Assembly: GCA_905478415.1 (NCBI GenBank)
Contig: CAJQIG010000001.1
Location: 72,818 to 136,817 of the forward strand
DNA: 64,000 nucleotides
Source of the DNA: an uncultured Patescibacteria group bacterium
GTDB lineage: Bacteria > Patescibacteriota > Microgenomatia > UBA1400 > PJMF01
Direction of reading: 5' to 3'
Under the pieces are notes generated by a model. The model saw only the letters and a program-made list of their open reading frames with translations, did not search any database and was not told the DNA's origin. This document shows positions 1 through 9,439 of this stretch, in pieces. Numbering within the stretch: the stretch's first letter is position 1; each line of letters begins with the position of its first letter. Made by a program: the position numbers and the translations under genes.

Positions 1-1090
1 TTCCAGCCACTAATTCAACAAAATCATAGAACTTACCTTCCTCATTGAGAGTTGGAACGAGTGGGAGATCTGTTTCGAGTGCCAGTGCATAGTCATCTTC
101 ACCAAAGAGAGCGGCAGTATGGACAATTCCAGTTCCATCTTCGAGACTGACAAAGTCTGCAGCTAGAACACTCCACGCATTAGGCTTATCTGAAGTTACA
201 TAGGGATACAGAGGTTCGTAATGCGTACCTACCAGTTCACTTCCCAATATAGTTTTTTGGATAGTTACTGCTTCTGTGAAGACTTTTTCGATCAACTCTT
301 TAGCTACCCATAACAGTTCTCCTGCATTATTTTTGACTTGTACATACTCAGCAGTCGGGTCTACAGCAAGAGCAACGTTTCCGGGGAGAGTCCAAGGAGT
401 TGTCGTCCAAGCAATTAAATATTCGTTTTTTGTATCTGCAAGCTTAAACTTTACAAATACCGAATGGTCTTCGACATCTTCATACGAATTATCCATAGCA
501 ATTTCAAAGTTTGAGAGTGGAGTTGAACATCGTGGACAGTACATGACAACTTTTCTGCCCTCATAGATCAAATTTTTATCTGAAAGTTGTTTGAATCCCC
601 ACCATACAGACTCCATAAACGAGTTGTCCATGGTTTTGTAGTTGTTTTTAAAGTCAACCCATCGACCTAGTCGAGCAATAATTTTTTCCCACTCACCGTC
701 TAAGCGTAGAACTTCGACTTCACAGGCATGGTTGAAGTTGGCAATACCAAGTTCTTCAATGCCTTTTTTCCCACCTTTGATCTTAAGTTTCTTTTCGATC
801 ATGTTTTCGATTGGTAAACCATGACAGTCCCAACCCCAGACACGATCGACACGGTAGCCTTTCATGGTCCAGTACCGAGGAATGACATCTTTAGCTGTTG
901 AGCCAAGAAGATGACCATAATGAGGTAAACCAGTTGCAAATGGAGGTCCATCATAGAAGACATATTCTTTGTCTTTGGATCTCATTTCAACCGATTTTTC
1001 AAATGCCTGCGTTTCTTGCCAAAAATGCAAGATAGACTCCTCCATCTCTGGAAAGTTTGGTTTGCTTGGCAATGTAGTTTGTTTTGGCAT
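1..1090 (-). CDS. ileS: Isoleucyl-tRNA synthetase, N-terminal portion (gene continues beyond window start)
   Basis: The reverse-strand translation from the ATG at 1090 reads MPKQTTLPSKPNFPEMEES...KEYVFYDGPPFATGLPHYGHLLGS...WGWDCHGLPIE, which contains the class I HIGH motif in the IleRS-specific context (FYDGPPFATGLPHYGH). An AAGGAG ribosome-binding site lies 6 nt upstream. The ORF track misses this gene because it runs off the window edge. Confidence 0.85.
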   Translation of the reverse strand, partial: MPKQTTLPSKPNFPEMEESILHFWQETQAFEKSVEMRSKDKEYVFYDGPPFATGLPHYGHLLGSTAKDVIPRYWTMKGYRVDRVWGWDCHGLPIENMIEKKLKIKGGKKGIEELGIANFNHACEVEVLRLDGEWEKIIARLGRWVDFKNNYKTMDNSFMESVWWGFKQLSDKNLIYEGRKVVMYCPRCSTPLSNFEIAMDNSYEDVEDHSVFVKFKLADTKNEYLIAWTTTPWTLPGNVALAVDPTAEYVQVKNNAGELLWVAKELIEKVFTEAVTIQKTILGSELVGTHYEPLYPYVTSDKPNAWSVLAADFVSLEDGTGIVHTAALFGEDDYALALETDLPLVPTLNEEGKFYDFVELVAG

Positions 1091-1325
1091 GTCTGCTCCT
1101 TTTGTATACGAAAAGAACCCTCTCACATTCGCAACTTGCGAACATGAGAGGGTTCTCTATCTTTATGATAGTAAAACGGTACCACCTCTGCTTTTACTTA
1201 GTTCCAGCGATTACGGGCTTACCCGGGTTGTTCTACTCTACTTTTGATAAGTATTTCTTCAACGGGCGTTTTTCCTGATTATTCAAAAAAATTGTTAGGT
1301 GATAGCTAACTGTTGACGCACTACT
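1091..1325 (-). promoter_or_regulatory. T-box riboswitch leader upstream of ileS
   Basis: On the minus strand a GGUGGUACCG T-box core motif (reverse complement of 1177-1186) sits immediately 5' of a long terminator hairpin and U-tract that precede the ileS AUG. A candidate promoter lies upstream: -35 TTCATA (rc 1356-1361), a 17-nt spacer, and -10 TATAAT (rc 1333-1338). Confidence 0.6.
1111..1156 (-). terminator. Intrinsic terminator/attenuator hairpin of the ileS T-box
   Basis: A near-perfect inverted repeat, AGAACCCTCTCA...TGAGAGGGTTCT (1114-1156), is followed on the minus-strand RNA by UUUU. It lies 20 nt upstream of the ileS start codon. Confidence 0.65.
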
Positions 1326-1374
1326 TGTGTGCATTATATAGCAAAGGGTCAATTCTATGAATGGGAGTTTTTAG

Positions 1375-2652
1375 TTACTTCTTTTTTCTTCTCAGGAAAG
1401 CAGGGATTTCAAACTGGTCAATGAGATCAGTATTGGTTTTTGGCTCAGGCGTTTCATCTTTTTTGTCTGATTCAGACTCATCTTTAGTGGTGTCGCCAAA
1501 GGCTTCTGAAGTGACGAATGGATTGGTGACACTTGAAATCTGAGAGGTAGTCATTGGTTGTGTGTACCCTTCTGGGGCACGGTCAATCTTTTGAGCAACT
1601 GGCTCTGGTTTTGGTTTTTCTTCATGCATGCGAACTCGCGACTCACTCGAATAGGCACCGAATAGAGGTTTGTTTGAAGCTGCAAAGCCCATTTGTTTGT
1701 CATCAAAGCCGGTAGCAATGACACTAATTTTAACTTTAGTACCCATTTCTTTGGTAATTGTGGCTCCAAAGATGATGTTAGCTTCTGGATCAGCTGCGTT
1801 GGCGATAATTGTCGAAGCGTCTGAAACTTCAGTCATGGTCATATCTTCGCCACCAATGATGTTATAGAGAATGCCCTTGGCTCCTTCAATTGAAACTTCG
1901 AGCAGTGGAGAGGCAATGGCCATGCGGGCTGCAGTCTGAGCTCTATTTTCACCGCTGGCTTCACCAATACCCATTAAGGCTGAACCAGATTCGGTCATAA
2001 TGGTTTTCACATCTGCAAAGTCGACGTTAATAAGTCCAGGAACAGTAATGAGGTCTGATATACCTTGTACACCTTGACCGAGTACATTATCTGCAAGTCG
2101 GAATGCATCCAGAAGTGTCATTTTTTTGTCGACAACATCCATAAGTCGTTGGTTAGGAATAACAATTAAGGTATCAACAGCATCTTTGAGTCCGGCAATG
2201 CCCTCTTCGGCAGTTTGCATACGGCGAACTCCTTCAAATGCGAATGGTTTCGTCACGACTGCAACAGTCAGTGCTCCAGCTTCTTTGGCAATTTCTGCAA
2301 TAACTGGTGATGCACCAGTTCCAGTTCCGCCACCCATACCGGCTGTGATAAACACCATGTCTGTATCGTAGAGTAAGTCTTTGATTTTTTCGTAGGATTC
2401 TTCGGCAGCGGTATGACCGACATCTGGGTCGGCTCCAGACCCTAAGCCTTTAGTAAAATTACTACCAATTTGGAGTTTTGTCTCTGCTTTTGAAGTTAAA
2501 AGTGCTTGAGCATCTGTATTGACGGTGATGAACTCAACACCACTAATTTTACCAGAGGTAATCATCGAGTTGACAGCGTTCCCGCCACCACCACCGACAC
2601 CAATAACTTTGATCTTTGCGAACGTTGTGTTTGAAGGTTTTACTAGTGCCAT
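1375..2652 (-). CDS. ftsZ: Cell division GTPase FtsZ
   Basis: 425 aa. Contains the tubulin-like glycine-rich GTP-binding loops [11 protein letters not shown] and [12 protein letters not shown]. It is the last gene of the dcw cluster and has a long disordered C-terminal tail. Confidence 0.95.
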   Translation of the reverse strand: MALVKPSNTTFAKIKVIGVGGGGGNAVNSMITSGKISGVEFITVNTDAQALLTSKAETKLQIGSNFTKGLGSGADPDVGHTAAEESYEKIKDLLYDTDMVFITAGMGGGTGTGASPVIAEIAKEAGALTVAVVTKPFAFEGVRRMQTAEEGIAGLKDAVDTLIVIPNQRLMDVVDKKMTLLDAFRLADNVLGQGVQGISDLITVPGLINVDFADVKTIMTESGSALMGIGEASGENRAQTAARMAIASPLLEVSIEGAKGILYNIIGGEDMTMTEVSDASTIIANAADPEANIIFGATITKEMGTKVKISVIATGFDDKQMGFAASNKPLFGAYSSESRVRMHEEKPKPEPVAQKIDRAPEGYTQPMTTSQISSVTNPFVTSEAFGDTTKDESESDKKDETPEPKTNTDLIDQFEIPAFLRRKKK

Positions 2653-2731
2653 ACAATCTTATCCTCTGATACGCTTCACATCAAAGTGTACCATTCTAAA
2701 CAAAAAAAGCAATCTTAAATTTCTGGGTTTG

Positions 2732-4039
2732 TTACGGTAGAAGTGACTTAAAAAGAGAGCTTATTTTTTCTGAAAATTTTCCCATAGAAGAAAAGCCACT
2801 AAAGAGTGAACCTAGCGAGAAATTAGAGACAGTATCTCCTTGTCCATGTTTGAGTCCATAATGTAGCAATCCAATACTATTTGCATAGATGGGAGAATGA
2901 ATATCTCTTACTAGACCATCTAGTTTGGTTGGCGTTCCAATCCGAGCAGGTAAGTTAAGTTCTCGTTTTGCAACTTCTGAAATTTGTAGGGTCATGGCTC
3001 CACCGCCAGTGATAACAAGTCCTGCAGGGATATCCTTGAGCAAATGCTCCTCTTTTAGGACATCTCCAATTAATCCAAAAATTTCTTGCATTCTTGGGAG
3101 CATAATACCTTCAGTCACCGTTTTTTTAGAGAGTACTTCATCGCTATCAGAGTTTTCATATTGAGAGAGTTTAATTTCATCAGCTTTTTTTCTGCGTTTA
3201 CTGAAGTCTGCTTTCGATTCTCCAGCATGAGGAGTTAGCCCTTTCATTTTTTCATTTGAAAGGTCAACTTTTATTCTTTCGGCAGTATCCAAGCTTACAC
3301 GGCAGCCAAGGGCAATATCTTGCGTTATATGACGAGCTCCAATAGGAATTGAACCAGAATATTCAAGTGAACCTTCGACATATGCACAGATGGAAGTTGA
3401 TCCTGCCCCAATATCTATGACAGCTACTCCGAGCTCTTTTTCCGTTTCGGATAGGACTACTCCACCAGCTGAAATACCTGAAAAGACAAAATCTATGACA
3501 GTAATGCCAAGGTCTTGGATACATTTTTCAAGGTTTCTAAGGGCCGTTGACATGCCAGTGATGATGTGAGCTTCAGATTCAAGGCGAACACCAGTCATGC
3601 CGACTGGATCTTTAATGCCATCCTGTGAATCAACTTTGTATGCTTTAGGAATAACATGAATGATTTCTTTATCTGAGGAAAGCGATATTGCGCGAGCAGC
3701 TTCGATAACACGTTCGACATCACTGTTTGTAACTTCTTGGTTGGGTGATGCTACTGCTACAACGCCTTTGCTATTCTGAGATTTAATATGTGTGCCAGAA
3801 ACAGAAACATAGGCGGATTTTACTTCGAGACCAGCCATTCGCTCTGCTCCATCAAGACTTTCGGTGATTGTTTCAAGGACTTTTTCTAGATCTATAATTT
3901 GGCTTTTGCGCATTCCCCTAGAAGGGACAGCAGAAACGCCCATAACTTGGAGTGATCGATCTTCGTTGACCGACGCAATCAGAGTGACACATTTGTCTGT
4001 GCCGACATCAATACCGGTTATAATTGTGTTATGTGCCAT
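2732..4039 (-). CDS. ftsA: Cell division protein FtsA (actin-like ATPase)
   Basis: 435 aa. The N-terminus TGIDVGTDKCVTLIA is actin-fold and the C-terminus carries an amphipathic membrane-targeting helix. The gene lies immediately upstream of ftsZ. Confidence 0.9.
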   Translation of the reverse strand: MAHNTIITGIDVGTDKCVTLIASVNEDRSLQVMGVSAVPSRGMRKSQIIDLEKVLETITESLDGAERMAGLEVKSAYVSVSGTHIKSQNSKGVVAVASPNQEVTNSDVERVIEAARAISLSSDKEIIHVIPKAYKVDSQDGIKDPVGMTGVRLESEAHIITGMSTALRNLEKCIQDLGITVIDFVFSGISAGGVVLSETEKELGVAVIDIGAGSTSICAYVEGSLEYSGSIPIGARHITQDIALGCRVSLDTAERIKVDLSNEKMKGLTPHAGESKADFSKRRKKADEIKLSQYENSDSDEVLSKKTVTEGIMLPRMQEIFGLIGDVLKEEHLLKDIPAGLVITGGGAMTLQISEVAKRELNLPARIGTPTKLDGLVRDIHSPIYANSIGLLHYGLKHGQGDTVSNFSLGSLFSGFSSMGKFSEKISSLFKSLLP

Positions 4040-4115
4040 AGTATATACACTAGCATACCAAAGTTACTGGTATTGCGAAATAAGAAATCAGGCTATATTT
4101 GCTCTTTTAGTCATT

Positions 4116-4808
4116 TTACTCATTTTTGGTGCGCAGGACTGGAAATGAGTACCGTAAGTCAATTTCATTAAGTGGTTCTGGGAGTTCGGCAATTTCTGTT
4201 GAGTTTAGTAATAAGGAAAGTTTAGTGACAGCCTGAGCAGACTCCTCCAGGTTGAGAAAAACAGTAACTCCGCTTAGTATCTCTAGAGTAATTGTTTGAG
4301 AGTCAGTGAGTGTCGTTTTTTGAGGAGCAAGATGAGTAACCTCAAGAGCTTTGGTTAGTGAGGAAAGTTCTTGGTGGAGGCCTGGTTTCACAGAGTTATC
4401 TGAAAGAAGTGTTTCAATAGGATAGTCAATAAAAATTGATGGTTCATGATTATTTTTTTCGCTCTTTTTTATGAAGCCATCATCATAGACAGTGTAGTAA
4501 TCAGTTTCTGTTTGTAAATAATAGTTTGGTTTTTTTTGACTAAATACAAGCTTGAGGGTATGAGGGAGTATTTTTGATTCTGATTCTAGAATAAATGTTG
4601 GGTCTGGGATCAGAGTCTGGACGCGAGTATCGAATCGAGAAAAGAAAAGTGAAGAACCTTTCAGTTCACCTAGTGAGGCAGAATATTCTGGAGGGCATTG
4701 TTGAGTGCCAATAGAACAATCTATTGATTGAATAGTGAAGAAGAAAAGACCTGCTGCAATACTGGCGATAATTGCGAATACCCCTGAAATTTTGTAGAGA
4801 GATCTCAT
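4116..4808 (-). CDS. ftsQ: FtsQ/DivIB-like cell division protein
   Basis: 230 aa with a single N-terminal transmembrane helix followed by an extracytoplasmic domain. It sits between murG and ftsA, where ftsQ/divIB is canonically found. Confidence 0.55.
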   Translation of the reverse strand: MRSLYKISGVFAIIASIAAGLFFFTIQSIDCSIGTQQCPPEYSASLGELKGSSLFFSRFDTRVQTLIPDPTFILESESKILPHTLKLVFSQKKPNYYLQTETDYYTVYDDGFIKKSEKNNHEPSIFIDYPIETLLSDNSVKPGLHQELSSLTKALEVTHLAPQKTTLTDSQTITLEILSGVTVFLNLEESAQAVTKLSLLLNSTEIAELPEPLNEIDLRYSFPVLRTKNE

Positions 4809-5941
4809 TTCTTCTTTTGTGTTGTTTTTAGTGCGATAACTGCTTTATATAGTTTTTCACTTCCCCGAGCAACAGATGCTTGTTCTTGTGTTAGTGTTCG
4901 TTTTATTTGACCATGTTTTCTTTTTAGTTCATCCAGAAGTGAAAGTAGCTTTTCTGGTGATAGATCTTTTTGTTGTATCAAAAAGGCTTGTTTACTTTCG
5001 GCTAAGCACTTTGCATTTAGATATTGTTCATTTTGGTGTGAAAATGGAAGTGGAATATAAATAGTAGGAATATATCTAAGACTGAGTTCTAAGACGGTGT
5101 TGGCACCAGCTCTTGAAATTGCTCCGGTAGCAGTTGTATAAATCCAAGCAAGCTCTGTTTCGTTTACCCATTCTCTTACAAAATACTTTGATTGGGTGCG
5201 GAGTGAAAGTTGTTTTTGTTTTTTTTCTAACTCTTTTTTATAGTTTCTAACGGTTGTTTTAGCTCCGCACTGATGAATAACCACCCACTCTTTTGTGAGG
5301 AGCGCTAATGATTGTTTGACAGTGGTGTTGATAATTTCTGAACCTTGGCTTCCTCCCGCAATATAGAGAATTGGATCTTTAGATTTTGTTTTATACCAAG
5401 TAGGAGCCGTTATGTTTTTTTGAAGGATTGAAGTGCGAACTGGATTGCCAGTCACAGTCACGTGAGGATGAGAAATTAATTTGGAAGTTTCTGGGTATGA
5501 AAGGGCTACAACCGACGCAAACCTTGAAGCAAAAGTATTTGCTATTCCAAGAGTTCTTGTTTGTTCGTGAACTACAATTTTTATCCGTAGTAACCAGGCA
5601 GCAAGGGCAAGTGGTACGCTGATATAACTTCCAAAAGAAAGGTACACATCGGGTTTGAAGCGCAGAAAAATATGAATGGCTTTAAAAAAGGCTCCAATAA
5701 TTTGTAGCAGAGTCAACGGTAACAAGAATACAGAACCTTGACCGAGTTTTCCTGAATCAAATGCTACGAAGGGAATGTTGCGCTTTTCGACTTCAGTCTT
5801 TTCTCTGGCTTTTTGTTTTGTTTTAACTCTGGAATATATTCTACCTACAAATACAAAACTGTCCTTTTTTGAATGTTTTGTAACATAGTCAATGAATGCT
5901 AAGGCTGGAGTTAGATGACCACCTGAAACTAAAATCTTCAT
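4805..5941 (-). CDS. murG: UDP-GlcNAc:lipid I GlcNAc transferase MurG (GT28)
   Basis: MKILVSGGHLTPALAFID is a MurG-type N-terminal G-loop. The start was chosen at the internal ATG at 5941 (4-nt ATGA overlap with ftsW); the upstream part of the longer ORF is Cys-rich nonsense. Confidence 0.8.
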   Translation of the reverse strand: MKILVSGGHLTPALAFIDYVTKHSKKDSFVFVGRIYSRVKTKQKAREKTEVEKRNIPFVAFDSGKLGQGSVFLLPLTLLQIIGAFFKAIHIFLRFKPDVYLSFGSYISVPLALAAWLLRIKIVVHEQTRTLGIANTFASRFASVVALSYPETSKLISHPHVTVTGNPVRTSILQKNITAPTWYKTKSKDPILYIAGGSQGSEIINTTVKQSLALLTKEWVVIHQCGAKTTVRNYKKELEKKQKQLSLRTQSKYFVREWVNETELAWIYTTATGAISRAGANTVLELSLRYIPTIYIPLPFSHQNEQYLNAKCLAESKQAFLIQQKDLSPEKLLSLLDELKRKHGQIKRTLTQEQASVARGSEKLYKAVIALKTTQKKK

Positions 5942-7011
5942 GTTTGTTTCCCGATTCGAATAAGTATTCCTGATGCAAACAATATCATGACCTGAGATGA
6001 TCTGCCATATGAGAAAAATGGTAACGGCATTCCTGTGAGTGGAATTAATGCAACAACAGCACTGATATTTAAAAGTGTTTGTAGCCCAATCCAAAAGATA
6101 ATTCCAAAACCCAACAACCTTTCTGCAGGCAAAATATCAGCTTTTGAAACTACTCTGAAACTAGTGAGTAAATACCAGAATAAGATTGAAAGAAGAAAAG
6201 TGGCTCCGACAAAGCCAATTTCTTCAGAAATAATTGCAAAGATAGAGTCAGTACTAGCCTCGGGAATGTAGGAATATTTTTGACTGGAATTACCGATGCC
6301 TTTTCCCCAAACACCACCTTGCCCAAGAGCTAGAGTGATTTGACGAATATGAAAACTTGCTCCTAGAGGATCAGACTCTGGATTAAGGTAAGTAGTCAAA
6401 CGTTTCATCCGATAGGGAGAAGTGAAGATTGCCAGTAGCGCCAAAGGAATTCCTACGCCAGCTATCAGGAGTATATTCTTACCATTCCCCCCAGCTAAGA
6501 AGAACATTGTGGTCGCAATGCCAACGACAAGCAACAGTGAACCTAAATCGGGTTGCAGAATAAGTACTAGTGCTGGTAAGGCTGTCAAAAATACAAAGGG
6601 GCCAAATTTTTGATGGTGGCTCATCCAGGTTGCAAAATAGACAACGATTCCAAATTTAAGAAATTCTACAGCCTGGAAACTAAAGCTGCCAATAGAAAGC
6701 CATCGCCTTGCCCCATTCAAGCTCACTCCAATTCCTGGAACTAGTGTTAAGAGAACAAGTAGCAAACTAAAAATATAGATGATGGGTGAAAACTTGATCC
6801 ACAGTTTTGTTGGAATCAAGGAAGCACCGATCATAGCGATGAGTCCAACAGTAAGTCCAATACTATGTTGGATCAAAAAATGGTACTGAGTTCCAAAAGT
6901 TGCATAGCTTTCGGCAGTTGAGGCCTCAAAGACAAAAAGCAAACCAGCAAACGAGAGGAATAAAACGAGTCCGAGTAAGAGCATCCATTGTGGCAGGTGA
7001 CGTTTTTTCAT
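5938..7011 (-). CDS. ftsW: SEDS-family lipid II flippase/peptidoglycan glycosyltransferase FtsW
   Basis: 357 aa polytopic membrane protein lying between mraY and murG. Confidence 0.8.
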   Translation of the reverse strand: MKKRHLPQWMLLLGLVLFLSFAGLLFVFEASTAESYATFGTQYHFLIQHSIGLTVGLIAMIGASLIPTKLWIKFSPIIYIFSLLLVLLTLVPGIGVSLNGARRWLSIGSFSFQAVEFLKFGIVVYFATWMSHHQKFGPFVFLTALPALVLILQPDLGSLLLVVGIATTMFFLAGGNGKNILLIAGVGIPLALLAIFTSPYRMKRLTTYLNPESDPLGASFHIRQITLALGQGGVWGKGIGNSSQKYSYIPEASTDSIFAIISEEIGFVGATFLLSILFWYLLTSFRVVSKADILPAERLLGFGIIFWIGLQTLLNISAVVALIPLTGMPLPFFSYGRSSQVMILFASGILIRIGKQT

Positions 7012-7023
7012 GTATGTTCCCGT

Positions 7024-8067
7024 TTATAAGACGGCTAACCAAACACCAAAAATAGTTAACATGATTTGAACAAGCCAAGCTCTTTGTACGATCTTTGGTT
7101 CTTCCCAGCCATGACGCTGTAAAGTCAGGTGAATAGGAGCTGCGGGAAAGAGTTTTCTTTTGAGAAACTTCTTTGAAAGTAATTGTAAAAGAGATGTTCC
7201 TATTTCGATGACAAAAATTGCTCCAATCACAATTAAAGCAATTACTTTTCCTAGTAAAAGTCCAATGACTGCTAGGGTAGCTCCCAAAGCTAACGATCCA
7301 ACATCTCCCATGAAAATACGAGCAGGGAACACGTTGAAGTAGAGAAAAGAGATGAGAGAGCCGATTAGCAGTGCAATAAATAGTGATGTTGGTACGTCTA
7401 AGATTGCTGAAGATAAATACCAAAGACCAAAGAGAGAGATCATCAAAATTCCAGAAGCTAATCCATCGAGTCCATCAGTAATGTTGACGGCATTTGCAAA
7501 GGCAATAATGGTGAAGATCGAAAAGGGGATATAAAAGGCTCCCAGTTCGAAGGTGCCAATAAAGGGAATATGCACAAATGAAATTCCAAGTTGAAAGTAC
7601 AGCATTAAGCTAATAACTAAGGCCAGGAAAATTTCTAAAAACAGTTTGTGTTTCATTCTGAGTCCAAAAAAACCACTGGATGAAAATTGAAAGAACTTCT
7701 TGATATCGTCGTAAAGTCCCAAGATACCGAAAGACAAAAAGGTAAAGAAAATAACATTTACTTCTGCCGTGATAGAACTATGATTACTGGTGATAGTTAC
7801 GCCAAAATACTCGAGTAGTGGAAGTAGTATGGCAAAAAGAATTGATACTAACGTAATAATTAGTAGACCACCACCCACAGGCACTCCTGCTTTTTGTTTA
7901 TGGAAAGCATCAAAGATAGGTGTCAATTTCCCAAAAACATCTCGTGTTGTTTGATGCGCTCTCTGAAATTTTAATGCGTAGAGAAGGTTAATAAATGGTA
8001 CCACAGCTACACTTGTCACAATGAAAGATAGTAGTAACACACTTAGTAGTAGCGCCATTCCACTCAT
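7024..8067 (-). CDS. mraY: Phospho-N-acetylmuramoyl-pentapeptide transferase MraY
   Basis: 347 aa polytopic protein with the NAVNITDGLDGLA motif typical of MraY/WecA polyprenyl-phosphate sugar-phosphate transferases. Confidence 0.9.
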   Translation of the reverse strand: MSGMALLLSVLLLSFIVTSVAVVPFINLLYALKFQRAHQTTRDVFGKLTPIFDAFHKQKAGVPVGGGLLIITLVSILFAILLPLLEYFGVTITSNHSSITAEVNVIFFTFLSFGILGLYDDIKKFFQFSSSGFFGLRMKHKLFLEIFLALVISLMLYFQLGISFVHIPFIGTFELGAFYIPFSIFTIIAFANAVNITDGLDGLASGILMISLFGLWYLSSAILDVPTSLFIALLIGSLISFLYFNVFPARIFMGDVGSLALGATLAVIGLLLGKVIALIVIGAIFVIEIGTSLLQLLSKKFLKRKLFPAAPIHLTLQRHGWEEPKIVQRAWLVQIMLTIFGVWLAVL

Positions 8068-8091
8068 ATAGTCTCCTCTTTTTTTATTGAC

Positions 8092-9408
8092 CTATTTTCT
8101 TACAATATTTGCTCCCATCGATCGGAGCCTTTCGTCAAGCGATTCGTAGCCTCTATCAACGTGCTCAATGCCAGAGATAATTGAAGTCCCATCCGCAATC
8201 ATAGCTGCCATAATCAGTGTAGCACCATGTCGCAGATCTTTGACAGTGAAAGACCCAGCTTTGAGTTTTGCTGGTCCATGAATTTTGATAGCATGACGAT
8301 ACTCTGGTGAGTCATTCTCGATATCAAAGTTATAGATTTTTTCTGGATGAGCGACTTCTGGGTTATATAGTTCAATAGTTGTTCCCATTGCTTGTAGTTC
8401 GCTGACATATTGGAAGCGATTAGCCATAATTGTCTCATGAATAACGCTCACACCTTCACATTGTGAAGCTAACGTAGCCCAGAGTGGTTGCCAGTCCGTC
8501 ATAAAACCTGGTTCGATCTCGGTAGTAACATCTGCTGCTTGGAGGGGGCCTTTATAGAAGAATCGAATACCATAGTTGCCAACTTCGTAGCCAGCACCAA
8601 TTTCTTCTAGTTTTTCGAGGAAAGAAGTCAAGTGTTCATGGCGGGCATTTTCAATAATAACGTCGCCTTTAGTGGCAATAGCAGCACAAGCATAACTCAC
8701 CGCTTCATTTCTATCAGGGATCAATCTATGGATAGCTCCATGCAGTTTCTCAACTCCATCAATTTCAATGACACGATGCGCTCTTCGTCGGACGCGAGCC
8801 CCCATACCATTGAGGTAGTCAATCAAGTCATCAATTTCTGGTTCCATGGCAGCATTCTCGAGAATAGTTTTACCTTTTGCAAGGACAGCAGCCATAATCA
8901 GTGTTTCGGTACCGGTGTGAGTATTCTTGGGGAACCGGTAGGTAGCTCCAACAAGTCCCTTGGTTGTAGCCACAAACATGCCGTCTTTATATTCGACTTC
9001 AGCACCAAGAGCTCTGAGACCATCCCAGTGTCGGTCCAGTGGCCGCTTACCTATCTTATCTCCACCTGGAACGGGAACAATGGCTTTCCCAAATTTGGCT
9101 AAGAGAGGAGGAATAAACATGGTTGAAAAACGACCTTGTTCACCGTGTTCTTTGTCTATAGTGTGTTTTGTTAAACTACTTGGGTCAATAAAGATTGCCC
9201 GCTCTCCTGCTCTACTGACTCCAGCACCCAAATAGGCAATAATTTTTGATACCAGGGCCACGTCAGCAATCTGGGAAAAATTTAAGAGTCTTGATTCTGA
9301 TTCTGCTAAGAGTGATGCAATCATTAATTTGTATGAGGCATTTTTTGCACCACCAATTCGCACTGATCCGTGAAGTGGAGTTCCACCAGTAACATGAAAA
9401 CTTGGCAT
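8092..9408 (-). CDS. murA: UDP-N-acetylglucosamine 1-carboxyvinyltransferase MurA (Asp at catalytic Cys position)
   Basis: 438 aa with the MurA motifs GAKNA, ENAAMEPEIDDL and DRGYESLDERL. The active-site loop reads PGGDKIGKRP, where E. coli has PGGCTIGARP. Confidence 0.9.
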   Translation of the reverse strand: MPSFHVTGGTPLHGSVRIGGAKNASYKLMIASLLAESESRLLNFSQIADVALVSKIIAYLGAGVSRAGERAIFIDPSSLTKHTIDKEHGEQGRFSTMFIPPLLAKFGKAIVPVPGGDKIGKRPLDRHWDGLRALGAEVEYKDGMFVATTKGLVGATYRFPKNTHTGTETLIMAAVLAKGKTILENAAMEPEIDDLIDYLNGMGARVRRRAHRVIEIDGVEKLHGAIHRLIPDRNEAVSYACAAIATKGDVIIENARHEHLTSFLEKLEEIGAGYEVGNYGIRFFYKGPLQAADVTTEIEPGFMTDWQPLWATLASQCEGVSVIHETIMANRFQYVSELQAMGTTIELYNPEVAHPEKIYNFDIENDSPEYRHAIKIHGPAKLKAGSFTVKDLRHGATLIMAAMIADGTSIISGIEHVDRGYESLDERLRSMGANIVRK

Positions 9409-9439
9409 ACGGTACTTTCTAATTGAGTACTATTATTTT

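Noticed and set aside
276-1278. Four plus-strand ORFs in the track (276-566, 642-824, 969-1247, 1084-1278)
   Set aside because: They lie antisense to the clearly recognisable ileS reading frame (HIGH motif) or over the T-box leader, and have no motifs. They are shadow ORFs.
1313-1340. Plus-strand promoter-like TTGACG-16 nt-TATATA
   Set aside because: It points into the antisense of the ftsZ 3' end and has no downstream plus-strand gene. The same region is better explained as the minus-strand promoter of the ileS T-box leader. An antisense promoter cannot be excluded.
8632-9102. 156-aa plus-strand ORF
   Set aside because: It is entirely antisense within murA, which has strong motif support, and is an artefact of the AT-poor third-codon composition.
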